From NCBI GenBank assembly GCA_902625885.1, contig CACODE010000002.1:8454-72453 (forward strand): a stretch of DNA of 64,000 nt. The letters run 5' to 3'. The stretch is from an uncultured Candidatus Poseidoniales archaeon (GTDB lineage Archaea > Thermoplasmatota > Poseidoniia > Poseidoniales > Poseidoniaceae). Shown here piece after piece: positions 63,123 to 64,000 of the stretch (position 1 is its first letter; every line of letters starts with the position of its first letter). The position numbers were made by a program, and so were the translations under genes. The notes under the pieces were generated by a model. That model was not told the origin of the DNA. It saw only the letters and a program-made list of their open reading frames with translations, and ran no database searches.

Positions 63123-64000
63123 ATGCTAAAAATTGAATCCACACCCGCAAAAGTTTGCCTCGGCATTTCGGCTTTTCTGTTCCTGCTTTACTCGGTCACG
63201 TTCATGTTCTTTTCCATGGGATACGTGACCGGGGGCGACACCGGCTTTGCGCTCCTCGACAACGGTCTTGCTGGCATGCTTGAAGACCCTGCCTACGGCA
63301 AGGGTGGCGTTGAGAGCAGCTTCAACGGCGTGCTCTTCTTTGGGATTTTCATCTCCACCATGCTCATTTTCTTTGAAGGGGCCAAAGGCAAGTGGACCAT
63401 CATGCTGCCCGTCATCATCGGCAGCATCACCATGACGGCCTGCATCTGGTTGAATTGGAACCCGGACAGCGAGGCAAGCGCGGCCCCAAAGTACGTTTCA
63501 ATCCTCGTGACGCTGGTTTACATTGGCGCTTACGCACTGTTGCGTGAAGAGGGCGTCAACGAGGGTTTGTCGGATTACAAGCCGGGGTTGAAGGTCAACG
63601 ACAAAGTGGCCATGCTGGCGCTCGTCCTCCTTGTGTTGTCGGGGTTGTACTATGCCTTGCGAATGATCTTCACGCCCGACGACGTAATTGCTCAAGGTTT
63701 CCCGGCGGGCGAGGAGTGGGTGAGTAAACTTGACGACACTCCAGGTTTGGGAGCACCGCTACCTACTACGGTGTCGGTGACCGGTGCCATGATTCTCGTG
63801 TACACGCTCTGGTCAGCGCTGGTCCTCACCGACGGTGCCAAAGGCAAGTGGACAGTCATGCACCCCTCTGCCATGGCCTTCATCGCTGCCACGGTCTCCA
63901 CGTACGTCGGACTCGTGGCCGGCCTATCACGGACGACCAGCGACACCAACAAGATGGATGTGTTGACGATTCCTCTGGTGATGCTTCTGGTCCTCATCAG
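63123..64000 (+). CDS. Hypothetical polytopic membrane protein with internal duplication; 3' end runs off the window
   Basis: Own translation from ATG 63123 is open to the window end, so it is missing from the ORF track. Duplicated segments GAKGKWTIMLPVIIGSITMTA and GAKGKWTVMHPSAMAFIAATV. Confidence 0.6.
   Translation, partial: MLKIESTPAKVCLGISAFLFLLYSVTFMFFSMGYVTGGDTGFALLDNGLAGMLEDPAYGKGGVESSFNGVLFFGIFISTMLIFFEGAKGKWTIMLPVIIGSITMTACIWLNWNPDSEASAAPKYVSILVTLVYIGAYALLREEGVNEGLSDYKPGLKVNDKVAMLALVLLVLSGLYYALRMIFTPDDVIAQGFPAGEEWVSKLDDTPGLGAPLPTTVSVTGAMILVYTLWSALVLTDGAKGKWTVMHPSAMAFIAATVSTYVGLVAGLSRTTSDTNKMDVLTIPLVMLLVLI

Overview
This window reads as an archaeal chromosomal segment. It carries the conserved archaeal block rpl7ae-rps28e-rpl24e-ndk-aIF5B, plus deoxyhypusine synthase, an archaeal-type phosphoglycolate phosphatase and a geranylgeranyl reductase. 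It also holds many bacterial-like genes: uvrB, ccmF, an RND/MMPL exporter, a methylcrotonyl-CoA carboxylase cluster and thrombospondin-type-3 (TSP3) surface proteins. That mix and the roughly 55-60% GC would fit a marine planktonic euryarchaeote of the Marine Group II/Poseidoniales type, but this placement is inference only. Coding density is high and most genes are housekeeping: 2-oxoacid:ferredoxin oxidoreductase, ROK kinase, a P1B ATPase with ArsR, prs, tRNA-Ile(GAU), a UbiA/UbiD pair and an FKBP. Two real ORFs run off the window edges and are missing from the ORF track: a cyclophilin at 1-995 (minus) and a membrane protein at 63123-64000 (plus). The standout region is 56.0-60.0 kb, an AT-rich cassette of about 3.9 kb bounded by 25-nt inverted repeats matching at 23 of 25 positions. 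It contains many CAGAGGG/CCCTCTG palindromes and carries an AIPR-family abortive-infection gene plus three small membrane-protein genes, with no recombinase. Immediately next to it lies a 946-aa membrane protein with a beta-trefoil domain and three copies of an unassigned ~88-aa repeat. Other notable items are an M28 peptidase-ZIP transporter fusion, an FKBP with a C-terminal SAP motif, an ArsR/zinc-ribbon/800-aa coiled-coil/beta-propeller-TSP3 gene string, a ParA followed by an RHH gene and an 87-aa gene, and a Cys/His insertion in aIF5B. No CRISPR array, rRNA gene, integrase or transposase was seen.
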